Translations under genes and position numbers: made by a program
Source: Prochlorococcaceae cyanobacterium jk18x1bzbins.87
GTDB lineage: Bacteria; Cyanobacteriota; Cyanobacteriia; PCC-6307; Cyanobiaceae
Direction of reading: 5' to 3'
Length of the DNA stretch: 64,000 bases
NCBI GenBank assembly: GCA_022826535.1
Contig: JAJDUS010000043.1
Coordinates: 10,675-74,674, forward strand
The notes under the pieces: generated by a model
What the model was told of the DNA's origin: nothing
The model's database searches: none
The model's input: the letters and a program-made list of their open reading frames with translations, nothing else
Part shown: in pieces, positions 63,419-64,000 of the stretch
How the letters are laid out: each line of letters begins with the position of its first letter
Position numbering within the stretch: position 1 is the stretch's first letter

Positions 63419-64000
63419 GCTCTGCCCCCAGGAGGGCGGCCATGGCCTTTTGCTCAGGGGAGGGCTCCACCAGGTCTTTGCGGCGGGCATCGGTGATGAG
63501 CCAATCCAGGGATGCTTCCTGCACATCAATATGGGCGCCGTTCTTCTCCACGCAGTAGCGGCCAAAGACCAGCTTGTCCACGAGGGTCACGTTGGGGCCA
63601 ATGCGGGAGTGGTGGAAGATGATGGAATTGTTGATGGCGGCGCCCTTGCAGATGTGGCAGTTGGGGCCGATCATGGCTGGTCCAACCAGCCGCACCTCGG
63701 GTTCAATGTGGCTCATCCCCCCCACAAAGATGGGGCCCTCCACCGTGACGCTGTCCCAGTCAGCCGCCACGTTCAGGCCTGCATAAAGGCCAGGGCGCAC
63801 CTCACGACCGGGAATGGAAACCTGGCGCACCTTTCCCTGAAGAACGCTGCGGATGGCCTGCCAGTAATCCGGCACCCTGCCAATATCCACCCACTCGAAA
63901 TCCATGAGCAGGGCATAGAAGGGGGCCCCCTGGGCCACCAGTTTTGGGAAAAGGTCAGAACCGATATCATAGGGAATACCGCTGGGGATATGGTCAAAGA
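63390..64000 (-). CDS. 3' part of NDP-sugar pyrophosphorylase (mannose-1-phosphate guanylyltransferase-like); partial
   Basis: DIGSDLFP, FEWVDIGRVPDYW, left-handed beta-helix region. Confidence 0.85.
   Translation of the reverse strand, partial: FDHIPSGIPYDIGSDLFPKLVAQGAPFYALLMDFEWVDIGRVPDYWQAIRSVLQGKVRQVSIPGREVRPGLYAGLNVAADWDSVTVEGPIFVGGMSHIEPEVRLVGPAMIGPNCHICKGAAINNSIIFHHSRIGPNVTLVDKLVFGRYCVEKNGAHIDVQEASLDWLITDARRKDLVEPSPEQKAMAALLGAELKVVPPPTV

Overview
GC-rich picocyanobacterial chromosome segment with conserved housekeeping synteny: folE'-trpF...rne, dnaJ-murB-murC-gap2-thiL-efp-accB-pdxA, mnmE, petG-hisH-trxA-guaB3, nrdJ, pds-crtB, cca-ycf34-pedR-metF. Calx-beta/cadherin-like remnants, an AT-rich ankyrin gene and many decayed IS elements suggest a sponge symbiont such as Ca. 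Synechococcus spongiarum (inference). The accessory DNA holds the main findings. (1) A 250-bp IS200/IS605 mini-element (50641-50890) sits inside a branched-chain amino acid ABC operon. It has no ORF, but its ends obey the IS608 guide/cleavage rules (TGAC target, TCAA right end) and it retains an omega-RNA-like right-end region. (2) A minimal type II R-M-like cassette lies between 169-bp direct repeats of the overlapping cca/ycf34 starts. (3) A decayed island downstream of mnmE contains a reconstructable IS982/MITE/IS427 nest and two transposase-free gene cassettes. (4) An ankyrin gene with a cryptic lipobox lies between IS5 ends beside tRNA-Ser. (5) A VapC toxin is readable only through a -1 shift at G_AAA_AAG. 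No CRISPR array was seen. All family calls come from motif recognition by eye; no database searches were run.
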